From positions 1 through 64,000 of IMG/VR virus record IMGVR_UViG_3300018065_000015: DNA of 64,000 bases; one strand, given 5' to 3'. The position numbers and the translations under genes are program-made. Positions within the stretch are counted from its first letter, which is position 1. Every line of letters starts with the position of its first letter. The notes beneath the pieces were generated by a model that saw only the letters and a list, made by a program, of their open reading frames with translations, searched no databases and was not told the origin of the DNA. Positions 26,432 to 36,430 of this stretch are shown here, piece after piece. This DNA is from an uncultured virus (IMG/VR IMGVR_UViG_3300018065_000015) (taxonomy: Duplodnaviria > Heunggongvirae > Uroviricota > Caudoviricetes).

Positions 26432-28315
26432 TTACTCGAGCAGCTCGTCATCCCACTCACCATCCGTAAGCGGCACCGATGCCCGCAGTTGTTCGTCGGT
26501 GATCGCGTAGGAGGCGAGCTCGTCGAGTCGTGGCCACCGCTTGGTGCGGTACCACACCGCCACGCAGCCCAAATTGACAGCCTGGGCGAAGTCGTCAGTG
26601 AATCCTTCCTGCCGGGTGATCCGGTAGATCTCACCGGCGGCCATCGTGGTGATTTTGTCTTCGGTCAAGGCCAGAAAGTCCCGGATCAGGCCCGGATCCT
26701 CTTGGGAGTTGTAGTCCTTGTCGAAGAAACGGAGCTTCTGGCACTTGATCATCGCACACGTCAGCAAGAGCGTTCGGCTCTTGTCGACACGGTAGTGGCT
26801 ACGCGGATGCTGCATCGTAGGAGCAACGTGGTAGCAGGGCTGCTGGTTAGCGGAGCGGACGTACTGACAGGGCATCACTTTGCGAGTCGGAATGCCCGCT
26901 TGAATCAGGAACGTCTCCCGCAGAGAGCCGGCACCAGTGTAGTCGTGTGCGAGAATCTCGGGCTTGAAGATATCCCAGTAGTGTTTGACCTCTTTGGCTT
27001 CGCGCAGGTGGTCGTGGGGTGTAAGGAGCCGCTTGCCCCACAGTACGTCGATCGAGCCATCGTGCTTCACACCAAGGAGAGCGATCGTCGTAAAGCTGAT
27101 CTTCTTTTCACCGCCCCCTCCCCAGTCAACGCCCAGCACGCGAAATTTGTATTGCCCGCAGCGACCACGGGCACGTGCAACTGTGTTGGGCCCGAGGTCA
27201 GACACCCGGTCAATTTCAGTCAGCGTAACGAGTTTGGCGGCCGTGTCGTAAGACTCGCCGAGAACCTCGTTCCAAAACACGTTCGCAGGCGTGTTGCCTT
27301 TGCCCGCCATCTTGGCGAGGAGTTCAGCCCACTTGTCAGGCTTGGCATAGTGCAAAGGCATGATCACCTGTGGAACATGGTATCCCGCCTGTAGCCATAC
27401 CCGGTCGGGATGCCGGTGTACCCAGCGCCCCAGTCGGGGACTAATCGGCTTGCCGCAATGATAACAAATCGTCGCCGGGCACTTCTCGCTGATGTCGGTG
27501 TGATACTCGCCGATCATCTTCTCGAGATGGAACTCCATGGACGGTATGTTCCAGCGCGGCTTGCCGTTCTGGGTACAATGAAAACAGGGAATAAACCACT
27601 CGGCCTGGCTGGACTCGGTCCACAGGGCCTCTAGAGTGTTGTCCAACGTCTTCGGCGTGCCGGTGAACTGCCGGATCGCCCAGTCGGATGCCGACATCGT
27701 TTCGCGGATGATCGGGATATGTTCATGGTTCATATCCTGGACCTCGTCGATGGCCACTTTGTCCGCGGAAATACCCCGGACACGGTCAGCGTTGAGGAAT
27801 GCGAACGAAAAGAGCATTTTGGAGTCGTTACGGAAGGAGCGGTGCAGCACGCTGTTCACGGTGGTCGTGTCCGACCACAAGAACTTCACCGGACTTTGGT
27901 CGATGAAGGGCTGGACGAACATCGTGCTGAAGCGCCGAACCTGCTCGAACAGCGGCATCACGTAGAGTGTGCTGAAGTTCGGGATGGAGGTGGATGTGAT
28001 TACCCCGTGGGCAGCGAGCGATGTGCTCTTGCTCACCTGCCGCCCCGTCTTGTAGACTATGGCGGACGGCATACGGAATCTGAAGATCTCTTCAAAGGGG
28101 AAGTGGTTCGCCAAGGTGTACGGCTTACCCTTGAGATTGAGGAGCAGCATGAGCCCGTTGGCAAGTGAGTCCAACCGGCCCGACTGCAACAGCTGCGTGA
28201 AGAGCCTGACTCTTTCGTTAGCTGACAACTCCTCGATATTCTGGGGACTGAATGCGGCCCTCATCCGCATCTGCAGTCGTGCCAGTGCTTCAGGTTCTTG
28301 AAAGGGTACATCCAT
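26432..28315 (-). CDS. Terminase large subunit (GpA-like)
   Basis: Walker A KTGRQVSKST, RVRGISADKVAIDEVQD Walker B, GTPK motif, Zn-finger insert, nuclease GVDWG and C-terminal DDFAQA. Confidence 0.9.
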   Translation of the reverse strand: MDVPFQEPEALARLQMRMRAAFSPQNIEELSANERVRLFTQLLQSGRLDSLANGLMLLLNLKGKPYTLANHFPFEEIFRFRMPSAIVYKTGRQVSKSTSLAAHGVITSTSIPNFSTLYVMPLFEQVRRFSTMFVQPFIDQSPVKFLWSDTTTVNSVLHRSFRNDSKMLFSFAFLNADRVRGISADKVAIDEVQDMNHEHIPIIRETMSASDWAIRQFTGTPKTLDNTLEALWTESSQAEWFIPCFHCTQNGKPRWNIPSMEFHLEKMIGEYHTDISEKCPATICYHCGKPISPRLGRWVHRHPDRVWLQAGYHVPQVIMPLHYAKPDKWAELLAKMAGKGNTPANVFWNEVLGESYDTAAKLVTLTEIDRVSDLGPNTVARARGRCGQYKFRVLGVDWGGGGEKKISFTTIALLGVKHDGSIDVLWGKRLLTPHDHLREAKEVKHYWDIFKPEILAHDYTGAGSLRETFLIQAGIPTRKVMPCQYVRSANQQPCYHVAPTMQHPRSHYRVDKSRTLLLTCAMIKCQKLRFFDKDYNSQEDPGLIRDFLALTEDKITTMAAGEIYRITRQEGFTDDFAQAVNLGCVAVWYRTKRWPRLDELASYAITDEQLRASVPLTDGEWDDELLE

Positions 28316-28475
28316 GGATAGAACTCCGTTTGAGGTAGAGAGGTATCGTCAGCGCGAGCTTGCAAAGTTCGATGCTGCTGGTCACTTCTGTGGCGAGGTC
28401 GCTCGACGAACCCGCCCGTTCTGGGTCACTGTTTTGATCGCTTGGGTGATCATAATGGTGGTCTGCTATCTGTGA
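28314..28475 (+). CDS. Small single-TM protein starting head-to-head with the terminase
   Basis: MDRTPFEVERY...FWVTVLIAWVIIMVVCYL; its ATG overlaps the terminase start codon in CCATGG. Confidence 0.5.
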   Translation: MDRTPFEVERYRQRELAKFDAAGHFCGEVARRTRPFWVTVLIAWVIIMVVCYL

Positions 28476-28759
28476 CATGATAGCACAGACATGCTAAAAC
28501 GCGAAGTCTGATACACTCCAGCCTGGGAGGAGCTGCTAATGGCAGTAACAATGAATGCGAGGTTGTTTCTTGAGCGTGCGGGTCTCCGGCCAACATTCAG
28601 GCGACCGGTCCCGACCACAGTCCCGGAGGATAATCCCATCTTCTCCCTCCCGTTGGATCCGCCACTACCACCGGCGGAATTGATACGGGACGGATGGCCT
28701 CCGCCGGACAGGTCTTCGACTCAGAATGACCCATGGCATCTTGGATCTACAGAGTAACC

Positions 28760-28942
28760 ATGTTTGCAAGTTGGTTTCGCGTGGCCATATGGTTGATCGT
28801 GCTGGCCTTGCTTGGAGCCGTCATCTTCGACGGGCCTTTCAAGCTTGTACCAGCCATCATTATTGGCTTCGTTCTTTACGGATTTTTCCATGTAGCAAGA
28901 GGCTTCGCAAGTGCGAAGGGCTGCGGAGAGTGGGAAGAATGA
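28760..28942 (+). CDS. Small two-TM membrane protein
   Basis: Two hydrophobic helices; coupled to the next gene. Confidence 0.55.
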   Translation: MFASWFRVAIWLIVLALLGAVIFDGPFKLVPAIIIGFVLYGFFHVARGFASAKGCGEWEE

Positions 28943-29334
28943 CTTTAATCGATCTTTTGGTGCTCGCTATGGCGGCACATACCCTCGTCAGCGTGTGGTT
29001 GCAAGACGGCGGGCTATTCGAAAGCTGGCGCGATTGGCTTCGTGCCTGGGCAACGCCCACGATGCGCCAGCACAGCTCGTACGAAATGCCCACCCGTTGG
29101 TCAATGGTTCGTATGAAGATCGCATACTTGGCAGAATGTCGTTTCTGCCTAACCTGCCAGGCCTGCTTTTGGCTTCTGGTACTCTTCTGGCTCCCCGGCT
29201 ATTGGCTTCCAGCCATCTGGGGTGAAATCCTCTACGTGCCGGTGTACGCACTGGCTGCTGCATGCATTGCTAGTGCCGCGACGTATCTGATGGATGCGCT
29301 CGAGGCGAAAGCAGAATCTTATTCACGAGAATAA
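28939..29334 (+). CDS. DUF1360-like membrane protein
   Basis: TM helix, GLFESWR, L..C.FCL motif, further TM helices. Confidence 0.6.
   Translation: MTLIDLLVLAMAAHTLVSVWLQDGGLFESWRDWLRAWATPTMRQHSSYEMPTRWSMVRMKIAYLAECRFCLTCQACFWLLVLFWLPGYWLPAIWGEILYVPVYALAAACIASAATYLMDALEAKAESYSRE
29319..29334. promoter_or_regulatory. TTATTC-N4-GAATAA palindrome, copy 3 (TTATTCACGAGAATAA)
   Basis: Contains the upstream stop codon; 1 nt before ATG 29336. Confidence 0.6.
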
Positions 29335-29335
29335 T

Positions 29336-29758
29336 ATGTCCGAACGCAAAGTACCGTTCAATGAGCAGCTTCAGGCTGCTGTTGACGCATGCGAGGAGAC
29401 TCTAAGGGACATTCCGGAGGTCGAAGGCGTGGCATTCACGTTTATCTACGCCGACGGCCTTACGGAGTCCGAGCCCTCGAACGTGCTTATCGGGCCTGAC
29501 GACCCGATCTTTCTCGCTAAGGCTGGTAAGCAACTCACAAAGCTCCAGCGCACTGTGACCGCAGCGTTGCAGGAAAAGTTCACCGTGGCCGAGACCGTTC
29601 TATCGAACCTCAAGGCGCAAATTGACGAACACATCGCAAAAGCCAAAGACCAGGAAGGGAACCAAGCGGAAGAAACCCCAGATCAAGGGGATAGCGACGC
29701 TGGACGACCTCCTGAAACACCTGCACATCCAGACGTGGGACACCCTGATAGTGGGTGA
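29336..29758 (+). CDS. Hypothetical protein
   Basis: ORF with coiled-coil segment. Confidence 0.65.
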   Translation: MSERKVPFNEQLQAAVDACEETLRDIPEVEGVAFTFIYADGLTESEPSNVLIGPDDPIFLAKAGKQLTKLQRTVTAALQEKFTVAETVLSNLKAQIDEHIAKAKDQEGNQAEETPDQGDSDAGRPPETPAHPDVGHPDSG

Positions 29759-30266
29759 CGGGTCTGGGACCGGGTGGAAACAAGGGGCCGGCTGGGCCTC
29801 CGTACTCATCGACCAGTCCTCAGGCGCCCGCAAACTCTTCTATGGCGCCATGAACACTGGGACCGTCACTCTTGGCGAGATGTTCCCGTATCTGCATGCC
29901 CTATCGTGGTACGCCGGCCGAGACGGGCCAGGGCGTAACCGCCGACAAGAGGTCCAGCAACTGGGCCGTGACATGCAGGTGCACATCGTTACCGATTCCC
30001 AAACCGTCGCAACGTGCGGAAACAACCCCGCATCCCGGCGCTCGCATCGCGAGCTCTGGAAAGCGTTCGACGAGTACCGCAGCAACGGCTTTGCCTTGCA
30101 GTTCCACTTCGTTGCCCGGGACGTGATCAACTTGAACGTCCTGGTCGACGAGATTTCGCGTCAAGCACGCAAAGACATGGAGGAGACATACAGTACCGCC
30201 ATGGAAACGCTGTGCAAACGATACCCAGGCCTCCCGGAGGATGCCACCATCTATGACTTCAACTGA
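29622..30266 (+). CDS. Ribonuclease HI-like protein
   Basis: IVGDGSG, GAGWA, E in TLGEM, IVTDSQ, NVLVD acidic catalytic pattern. Confidence 0.8.
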   Translation: MTNTSQKPKTRKGTKRKKPQIKGIATLDDLLKHLHIQTWDTLIVGDGSGTGWKQGAGWASVLIDQSSGARKLFYGAMNTGTVTLGEMFPYLHALSWYAGRDGPGRNRRQEVQQLGRDMQVHIVTDSQTVATCGNNPASRRSHRELWKAFDEYRSNGFALQFHFVARDVINLNVLVDEISRQARKDMEETYSTAMETLCKRYPGLPEDATIYDFN

Positions 30267-30708
30267 TCCCACGCTGGCGACGTATCACAAAGACCTCTAC
30301 GAGGACGATACGCCGCTTGCCATCATCAAGTTCTTCGAAGCCCAGCTCAACCGGACGCCCGACAGCGACCGCGACTGGCACGAGAACGTCCGCTACCGTG
30401 TCCATTACGGTAACACCATCACAGGGCGTTGCTGGGGCGAGTACGACGAAGGCACTGTGGCACTCAACAACGAGGAGCCACAGGGCCTGATGATGCTCGC
30501 GACGCCGTCTACGAAGGAGGGGCCGCTGGTCCTGACTGGGTCGATCGTACGGATCGATAAGCTTGCTGGCCGCTCGGTCGAGCAGGTGTACAGACATCCC
30601 ACATATCACACCCACGAGGAGGAAGCGCGCGTTGCAAAAGCGGAAGTGCAGCCTGAACGGCGGCCGCGACGCATCGTGCTCAGAGGAAATGCCGACGGAG
30701 ACACGTAG
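30253..30708 (+). CDS. Hypothetical protein with C-terminal ERRPRRIVL tag
   Basis: GGAGG upstream; R..YG...TG..W motif. Confidence 0.7.
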   Translation: MTSTDPTLATYHKDLYEDDTPLAIIKFFEAQLNRTPDSDRDWHENVRYRVHYGNTITGRCWGEYDEGTVALNNEEPQGLMMLATPSTKEGPLVLTGSIVRIDKLAGRSVEQVYRHPTYHTHEEEARVAKAEVQPERRPRRIVLRGNADGDT

Positions 30709-32509
30709 TTTCAAGATGGACCAGAGTTTGCTGGTCAGCGTGATCAAGAAGCAGGCAGGCAGCCTGTGGAAAGCCGTTGTGGAAGGCGGGCAGAACGTCA
30801 TCGACGCTGCCGCCCGCAAGTGCGAGATCGATTGCACGCCACAGATGGTGCAGATTCGCGATAACGGAAAGGGGTTCCGGTCCAAGGCGGACATTGAGAA
30901 CTTCTTCGAAGTCTTCGGCAAACCGCACGAAGAAAGAGAGCAGAAAGTCTTTGGACAGTACCGCATGGGCCGCGGCCAGCTGTTCGCCTTCGGGCGTAAC
31001 GTCTGGCGGTCCGGCGAGTTCGAGATGATCGTCGATATTGAGGAGAACGGCCTGGATTATGAGCTACGATCTGGCCTCGAGTATCACAACGGCTGCATCG
31101 TGACAGTGGAGCTTTATCGGCCGCTGTCGCATGTCCAGCACAACGAGATCCTCGACGAGATCAAGAAGAACATCAAGTTCGTCCAGATCCCGTTCCATCT
31201 GAATGGCGACGAGAAGCAGTTCAACAAGAAGCCCGACAAGATCGCCTGGGACCTCTCGACGGCCGAGGCGGACTTCAAGTGGCGTGACAACGGGAACCTG
31301 GAGCTGTTCAACCAGGGCATCCGTGTCTGCTCTTACCCGCGCTACCGGTACGGCACCGGCGGCGACATCGTGTCCAAAAAGCAGCTGGACGTGAACTTCG
31401 CCCGAAACGACGTCATGGACAGCTGTGAGACGTGGCAGGCGATCAGAAAGACCGTGCGCGACCACGTCAACGCACGGACGTTGGCCCAGCAAGAAACGGC
31501 CGGCCGGCAACGGAATACCCCGACGCGCACACGTGCCCGGGCAACCAATCGGCGGCGTCCGACGCTGACCGAGCAGGACCGCTGCCGCGTCGTGCGCGAG
31601 ATGAAAGACGGGTCGTTGAACAAGCGCCAGATGAAGGCCGCCAAGGTCTTCACGATGTGGCGTAAGGAAACGCACTCGACGATCTCCGCCGTATACAAGA
31701 TCGCCAAGGGGAACGTCACGTTCCTCCCAGACGAGACACCGGCGTACTCGAGCCTACCCAAATCGCTGGCGGATCACCGCCTGGCGGTCGTGCTCGATCC
31801 CGTCATGTTCAACCGCTGGGGATGGAAACCGGAGTTCCCGGAAAAGCTAGTCGAGAACATCAACGCCACGTTCGACGAGCAGTTCGGCAAGTACGCAAAC
31901 GACGTCCGGCTGAAGTACGTCGATGCGGACAAGATCGTGAAGACGATGCAAGGATCGAACACGGTCATCGACGCGAACAAGATGACACGCCTCGAACGCA
32001 TCGCCACGGCGACTATGAGCGCCAATATCAGCAACATCCACTGGGCAGCCTGCCGTGTCAATGTCCAGCAGAACCGCAACGCGCAGCGGCGCATTGTGGT
32101 CGGCATCGGTCCGTTCGATTCGTGGACCGACGGCCGTACGTTCATTGCGATCAACCGCCGGGTGATTGCTGCTGTCAAGGTCGGGCCTTCCAGCTGGTGG
32201 CGCTACGCTACGCTGCTCCTGCACGAGTATCTGCACACAGATGCGACGCAGGACGCGCATATGCACAAGAAGGACTTCTACGAGGCGTACCACAATCTCG
32301 TGCAACAGCACTTCATGGGCGTCTTCTGCTGGAACTGCATGATGCGGCTGCCCGCCAATGCGCGCAGCGTGCGTCGTCGCCTGACCAGCAAGGAGTTGGC
32401 GACTGTCGATGCGGCCGAAGAGCAGCAAATCTACGCACAGAACTGGGACGACCTGGGTGTCATGTCACACCCGGATTTGGCGCCCACTTCGCGAGAGGCA
32501 GAGGAATGA
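30689..32509 (+). CDS. GHKL (Hsp90/MORC-like) ATPase with C-terminal HExxH
   Basis: E..QNVIDA, IRDNGKGF, FGQYRMG boxes; LLLHEYLH near the C-terminus. Confidence 0.8.
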   Translation: MPTETRSFKMDQSLLVSVIKKQAGSLWKAVVEGGQNVIDAAARKCEIDCTPQMVQIRDNGKGFRSKADIENFFEVFGKPHEEREQKVFGQYRMGRGQLFAFGRNVWRSGEFEMIVDIEENGLDYELRSGLEYHNGCIVTVELYRPLSHVQHNEILDEIKKNIKFVQIPFHLNGDEKQFNKKPDKIAWDLSTAEADFKWRDNGNLELFNQGIRVCSYPRYRYGTGGDIVSKKQLDVNFARNDVMDSCETWQAIRKTVRDHVNARTLAQQETAGRQRNTPTRTRARATNRRRPTLTEQDRCRVVREMKDGSLNKRQMKAAKVFTMWRKETHSTISAVYKIAKGNVTFLPDETPAYSSLPKSLADHRLAVVLDPVMFNRWGWKPEFPEKLVENINATFDEQFGKYANDVRLKYVDADKIVKTMQGSNTVIDANKMTRLERIATATMSANISNIHWAACRVNVQQNRNAQRRIVVGIGPFDSWTDGRTFIAINRRVIAAVKVGPSSWWRYATLLLHEYLHTDATQDAHMHKKDFYEAYHNLVQQHFMGVFCWNCMMRLPANARSVRRRLTSKELATVDAAEEQQIYAQNWDDLGVMSHPDLAPTSREAEE

Positions 32510-32754
32510 ACGGGCTACCTTGGGACATCCAGGTAGCCCTTGACCTCCGCATCTCACACGGGGCCGAGAAGGTGGAGGAGTACTGGGACACGAACATGCA
32601 CGCCAAGAAGCGGACAGCCGCTATCCGGTGGATCATGTTCAACCGCCCGGATCTCCTCAACTTCTCCGGCGCCCCTGTTAAACGGTTCATGGCGCTGATC
32701 GAGGCGCTTTTCGAAGAATATAAGGAGGAGCGTCATGTCAAAGAAGGAGCTTAG
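32506..32754 (+). CDS. Hypothetical protein
   Basis: GAGG RBS, ATGA coupling. Confidence 0.6.
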   Translation: MNGLPWDIQVALDLRISHGAEKVEEYWDTNMHAKKRTAAIRWIMFNRPDLLNFSGAPVKRFMALIEALFEEYKEERHVKEGA

Positions 32755-33013
32755 GCAGTGCACACACAAGGACTGCCGACAGTGGACCACGGATTGGTAC
32801 CCGATCACTGGAGGCGCTCGCCTTAAACACGTCCGCTGCGCCGAGTGCTTTGAGCGCGAGGTGCGTGCCGCTGTCCACGACGGGATCGTCCCGTTCGACA
32901 AGCTGCAGGAGCGGGAGAAGAAGGACACGTATAAGGAGCCACAAACTGTACCGGATCAAGATTCAGATGCCGGTCCTAGTCCACCAGGAGAAGATCCATG
33001 TGGTGGAGACTGA
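32735..33013 (+). CDS. Small zinc-finger protein
   Basis: CTHKDC...CAEC; AGGAGG RBS. Confidence 0.55.
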   Translation: MSKKELRQCTHKDCRQWTTDWYPITGGARLKHVRCAECFEREVRAAVHDGIVPFDKLQEREKKDTYKEPQTVPDQDSDAGPSPPGEDPCGGD

Positions 33014-33290
33014 ACTCGAGGTCCCCGACCAGTTCCAACTGGTTGCTGGGCACTACATATATCACAAGGTGACCAGCGGGCTGATGCCCATCGGCACCGT
33101 GATCTACGACGGAAAGCGTGACGTCCTGGTAGCGTGCCTGGACGGAGCGGCTTATGACAAGACCGTTACTATCGACGAATGGCTGGTGGAGCGTCCGCAC
33201 TGGGTCGAAGCGACCGGCGAGGACGACGCACCGACGCCGTTCCTCGAGATGCAACGGATCAAACTCGCGCCGCCGGATGACGGCGACTAA
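32967..33290 (+). CDS. Hypothetical protein
   Basis: Fills the gap before the ligase; start uncertain. Confidence 0.5.
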   Translation: MPVLVHQEKIHVVETELEVPDQFQLVAGHYIYHKVTSGLMPIGTVIYDGKRDVLVACLDGAAYDKTVTIDEWLVERPHWVEATGEDDAPTPFLEMQRIKLAPPDDGD

Positions 33291-33309
33291 CCCCTTCAGG
33301 AGGATGTAC

Positions 33310-35433
33310 ATGAACAAGAAAGCGGCTGCCGCCAGAATCGCTGAACTGTCAGCGGACGTGGATCGGCACAACATGTTGTACTATTGCTATGGTGAACCAG
33401 CGATCCCGGATAGGGTGTTCGACGAGCTCCTCAAGGAACTGGTTGCACTAGAGCAGGAATTCCCGGATCTGGCGCTGCCAGATAGCCCGACCCAACGTGT
33501 GGGCGGCGCTCCTGTTGAGGGCCTCGAGTCCATGGAGCACCCGTCGCTCATGTTTTCTATCGACAACTGCTTCGACCTCGATGAGGTCAAGAAGTTTCAT
33601 CAGCGTGTGGTGAAGAAGCTCGGCCACGAGCCGCTCTGGACGCCCGAATGGAAGATTGACGGTTGCGCTGTCAATCTGATCTATGAGGACGGCGTACTCA
33701 CCCATGCCATAACCCGCGGCGACGGTGCAGTCGGCGACGACATCACGCACGCTGCCAAGGCAATGCGCGGCGTCCCTCTCAAGCTGGACCGTCTCTACGA
33801 CGAGGAAGGCAATGTGATGGGGAATCCCAAGCCGTTGCCGAAGCTCTTGGAGATCCGTGGCGAAGCGTTCATCACGCACGATGACTTCACGCAGGTCAAC
33901 TGTGCGCGCAACAACGCTGGTGAGGAGACGTTCGCCAACTCCCGCAACGCCACGTCCGGCGCTATCCGTAGCGTCGATCCGGCCGACTGTCACGAGCGGC
34001 GTGTACGTTTTATGGCGCACGGCATCGGCAAGTGTGAGTACGAAGGCGACGTCGATATCGAGTCGTACTTCGAGACGCTGTTTGCCTTTCATCTTTGCGG
34101 GATGCCGATCACAGATCACTATGGCCTGCCCGCCCCGATGGATAAGGCGCTGAAGACCGTCGCAGAGATGGTTGCCATGCTGCCAGAACTGAGCATTCCG
34201 GTCGACGGGATCGTCCTGAAGCTGGACAAGTTCAGCGATCGTGAAGCCATGGGCCAAGAGTCCAAGAAGCACGTGAGCTGGGCGCTGGCCTACAAGTGGG
34301 AGAAGTACGAGGCCGTAACCGAGGTCGAGCGCTTCGACGTACAGGTAGGCAAGCAGGGCACGCTGACGCCGGTGGTTTACTGCAAACCGGTGGAGATCGC
34401 TGAGACGATGGTCGGCAAGGCGTCGCTGCACAACTGGCACGAAGTCTTGCGCCTGGGCATCGCCCACGGTGACTCGATCGTCATGGAAAAGGCCGGCAAG
34501 ATCATTCCGCACGTCGTACGTGTGGTCAAGGAGAAGCGCACCGGACCGGTCGCGCCGTTCCTGCCGCCCGCTACCTGCCCGTCCTGCGGCAGCGACGCCA
34601 TCGAGGATGGTCCGTTCCTGCGCTGCTCAGGTGATTCGTGCCCCGCACAGATCGCCGCCCTGCTCCGATCGGCCGCTGACCGGTCCCGCCTAGATATAGA
34701 TGGTTTGGGGGAGACCCTAGCCACCCAATTGGCGGAGGCAGAGCTGGTTGAGGACCTCTCGGACCTCTTCACGCTTGAGCATCGCAGAGACAGCGTTCTG
34801 AGGCTTGCACGCATGGGCGAGAAGAAAGCCGACAAGCTCTTCGAAGCCCTCGCAACGGCGCGTGAGCGGCCTTCCTGGCGATTATTGGCGTCTTTGAACA
34901 TCAAGCACGTCGGAAGGACCATGTCGGAGGCCATCTGCAAGGCTGCTAGCGCTGCTGGCGCCGAGCTGAAGGAACCCGCCGACCCCTTCCAAGTGATGGT
35001 GTCCTTGTGGTCGATCGACGACTATACCCAGATTGAGGGGGTTGGCGAAGCCGCCGCTCGATCGATCTGGACGTGGATGCACAGCGAGAAAAACCTGAAG
35101 CTGCTGAAGCGCCTCCGGGACTACGGCGTCAACATGGGCGTCAACGACCCGGTGCCCGAAGTAGACGACGGATCTCCGAAGCCGCTCGCCGGTATGAAGA
35201 TCTGTGCGACCGGGAAACTGGTCGGGTACTCTCGCGAAAGCATCAAGGAGACGATCGTGCAACACGGCGGTACAGTCGCCAGCGCGGTCTCGGCGAAGAC
35301 CGACATGCTCGTCGCCGGCGAAAAAGCCGGCAGCAAACTGAAGAAGGCCCAGGACCTGGGCGTTCGTGTCGTCAACGAAGCGGAGTTCAATGACCTCATA
35401 TCGGTCGAGCAGCAAGAATCCGCCAGTAAGTAA
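33310..35433 (+). CDS. ligA: NAD-dependent DNA ligase
   Basis: EWKIDG adenylation motif, EIRGE, DGIVLK, AYK, Zn finger CPSC, HhH repeats, C-terminal BRCT (AGSKLKKA). Confidence 0.95.
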   Translation: MNKKAAAARIAELSADVDRHNMLYYCYGEPAIPDRVFDELLKELVALEQEFPDLALPDSPTQRVGGAPVEGLESMEHPSLMFSIDNCFDLDEVKKFHQRVVKKLGHEPLWTPEWKIDGCAVNLIYEDGVLTHAITRGDGAVGDDITHAAKAMRGVPLKLDRLYDEEGNVMGNPKPLPKLLEIRGEAFITHDDFTQVNCARNNAGEETFANSRNATSGAIRSVDPADCHERRVRFMAHGIGKCEYEGDVDIESYFETLFAFHLCGMPITDHYGLPAPMDKALKTVAEMVAMLPELSIPVDGIVLKLDKFSDREAMGQESKKHVSWALAYKWEKYEAVTEVERFDVQVGKQGTLTPVVYCKPVEIAETMVGKASLHNWHEVLRLGIAHGDSIVMEKAGKIIPHVVRVVKEKRTGPVAPFLPPATCPSCGSDAIEDGPFLRCSGDSCPAQIAALLRSAADRSRLDIDGLGETLATQLAEAELVEDLSDLFTLEHRRDSVLRLARMGEKKADKLFEALATARERPSWRLLASLNIKHVGRTMSEAICKAASAAGAELKEPADPFQVMVSLWSIDDYTQIEGVGEAAARSIWTWMHSEKNLKLLKRLRDYGVNMGVNDPVPEVDDGSPKPLAGMKICATGKLVGYSRESIKETIVQHGGTVASAVSAKTDMLVAGEKAGSKLKKAQDLGVRVVNEAEFNDLISVEQQESASK

Positions 35434-35677
35434 CGTCGGGAAAAGTCGTAACATCGACCCTCGGCGACTATTTGGTAACGGCGTGCCGGCACACCGGATT
35501 GAATCGTACCGGGTGCCGGCACCTGCCGGTATTTCGATCCCCTTTGGCACCGTCCCGCGGGATGTGTACATACAGGGGCCGCGTTACAAAGTCGAGTTTT
35601 ACGCCTTCGAGACGCTTGGCGGGGTCATCGGCCACACCGGAGCGCTTGCGAGGGCTGATTTCAGTACAGGAGATACC

Positions 35678-36064
35678 TTGGGATTCAAGATCAATGTCAC
35701 CGTCGAGGCGCTGCGGACCAAACTGCAGGCGAACCTGGCGCGGCACAAGGACCTTTACCAAGAAGCCAGAGATGGCTACTGCGAGAAGGCGAAGGCGCAG
35801 CTGTGTGAAGCTGTTGATCGCCTGAAGGATGGCAAGCTCATCCGACTACGGTTCGACCTCGAGCCGCCTACCGATCACTCCGAGGACTACGAGCGGGTTT
35901 TGCGTATGCTTGACGCCTGCACGGACGAATCGATGGAAATCACAGAAGAACAATTCGCCGCGTATTGGGACGACGACTGGTCGTGGATGTACAACTGGGT
36001 GTGCACGAACAGCAAGATGTCGTCCAAGACGCTGGCATACGGCCAATCAAAAGGATTACTGTAA
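35678..36064 (+). CDS. Hypothetical phage protein
   Basis: AGGAG RBS, TTG start; P.DH..DYER.L.ML...QF..Y..DDW.W pattern. Confidence 0.65.
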   Translation: MGFKINVTVEALRTKLQANLARHKDLYQEARDGYCEKAKAQLCEAVDRLKDGKLIRLRFDLEPPTDHSEDYERVLRMLDACTDESMEITEEQFAAYWDDDWSWMYNWVCTNSKMSSKTLAYGQSKGLL

Positions 36065-36170
36065 TTTACGCTCGAAAAGCCAAGGGAGAGCGAACAGGCG
36101 GTGCGGCGGGTTCCTTTTGGGCCCTGTTTACAGGGTTTTATCCTGCTCGTCGTGCCGCCTGTTGTTTTAA

Positions 36171-36428
36171 CTACTCCTCCACGCCGGCGGCTTTGAGAAG
36201 CTCGCCGCGGAAGCAGCTGATCGAGCAGTTGAAGCTGAGATGCTCCTTCGCCCAATCGAACAGGTCCTTCATCGAGAGACCTTGGTATTTGCCGTCGGAC
36301 CAGTTCTTGACGAACTCTTCCCACAGCTCGCGTTCCTCGCCTTGGAGGACGCGCGGGGTGACCAGACGCGGTTTCGCAGCGAGAGCGGCGAGGGCGTCCT
36401 TGTTGTTTTTCTTGGTGGCTTTGGCCAT
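36171..36428 (-). CDS. Hypothetical protein
   Basis: Last gene of the minus-strand operon. Confidence 0.65.
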   Translation of the reverse strand: MAKATKKNNKDALAALAAKPRLVTPRVLQGEERELWEEFVKNWSDGKYQGLSMKDLFDWAKEHLSFNCSISCFRGELLKAAGVEE

Positions 36429-36430
36429 GA

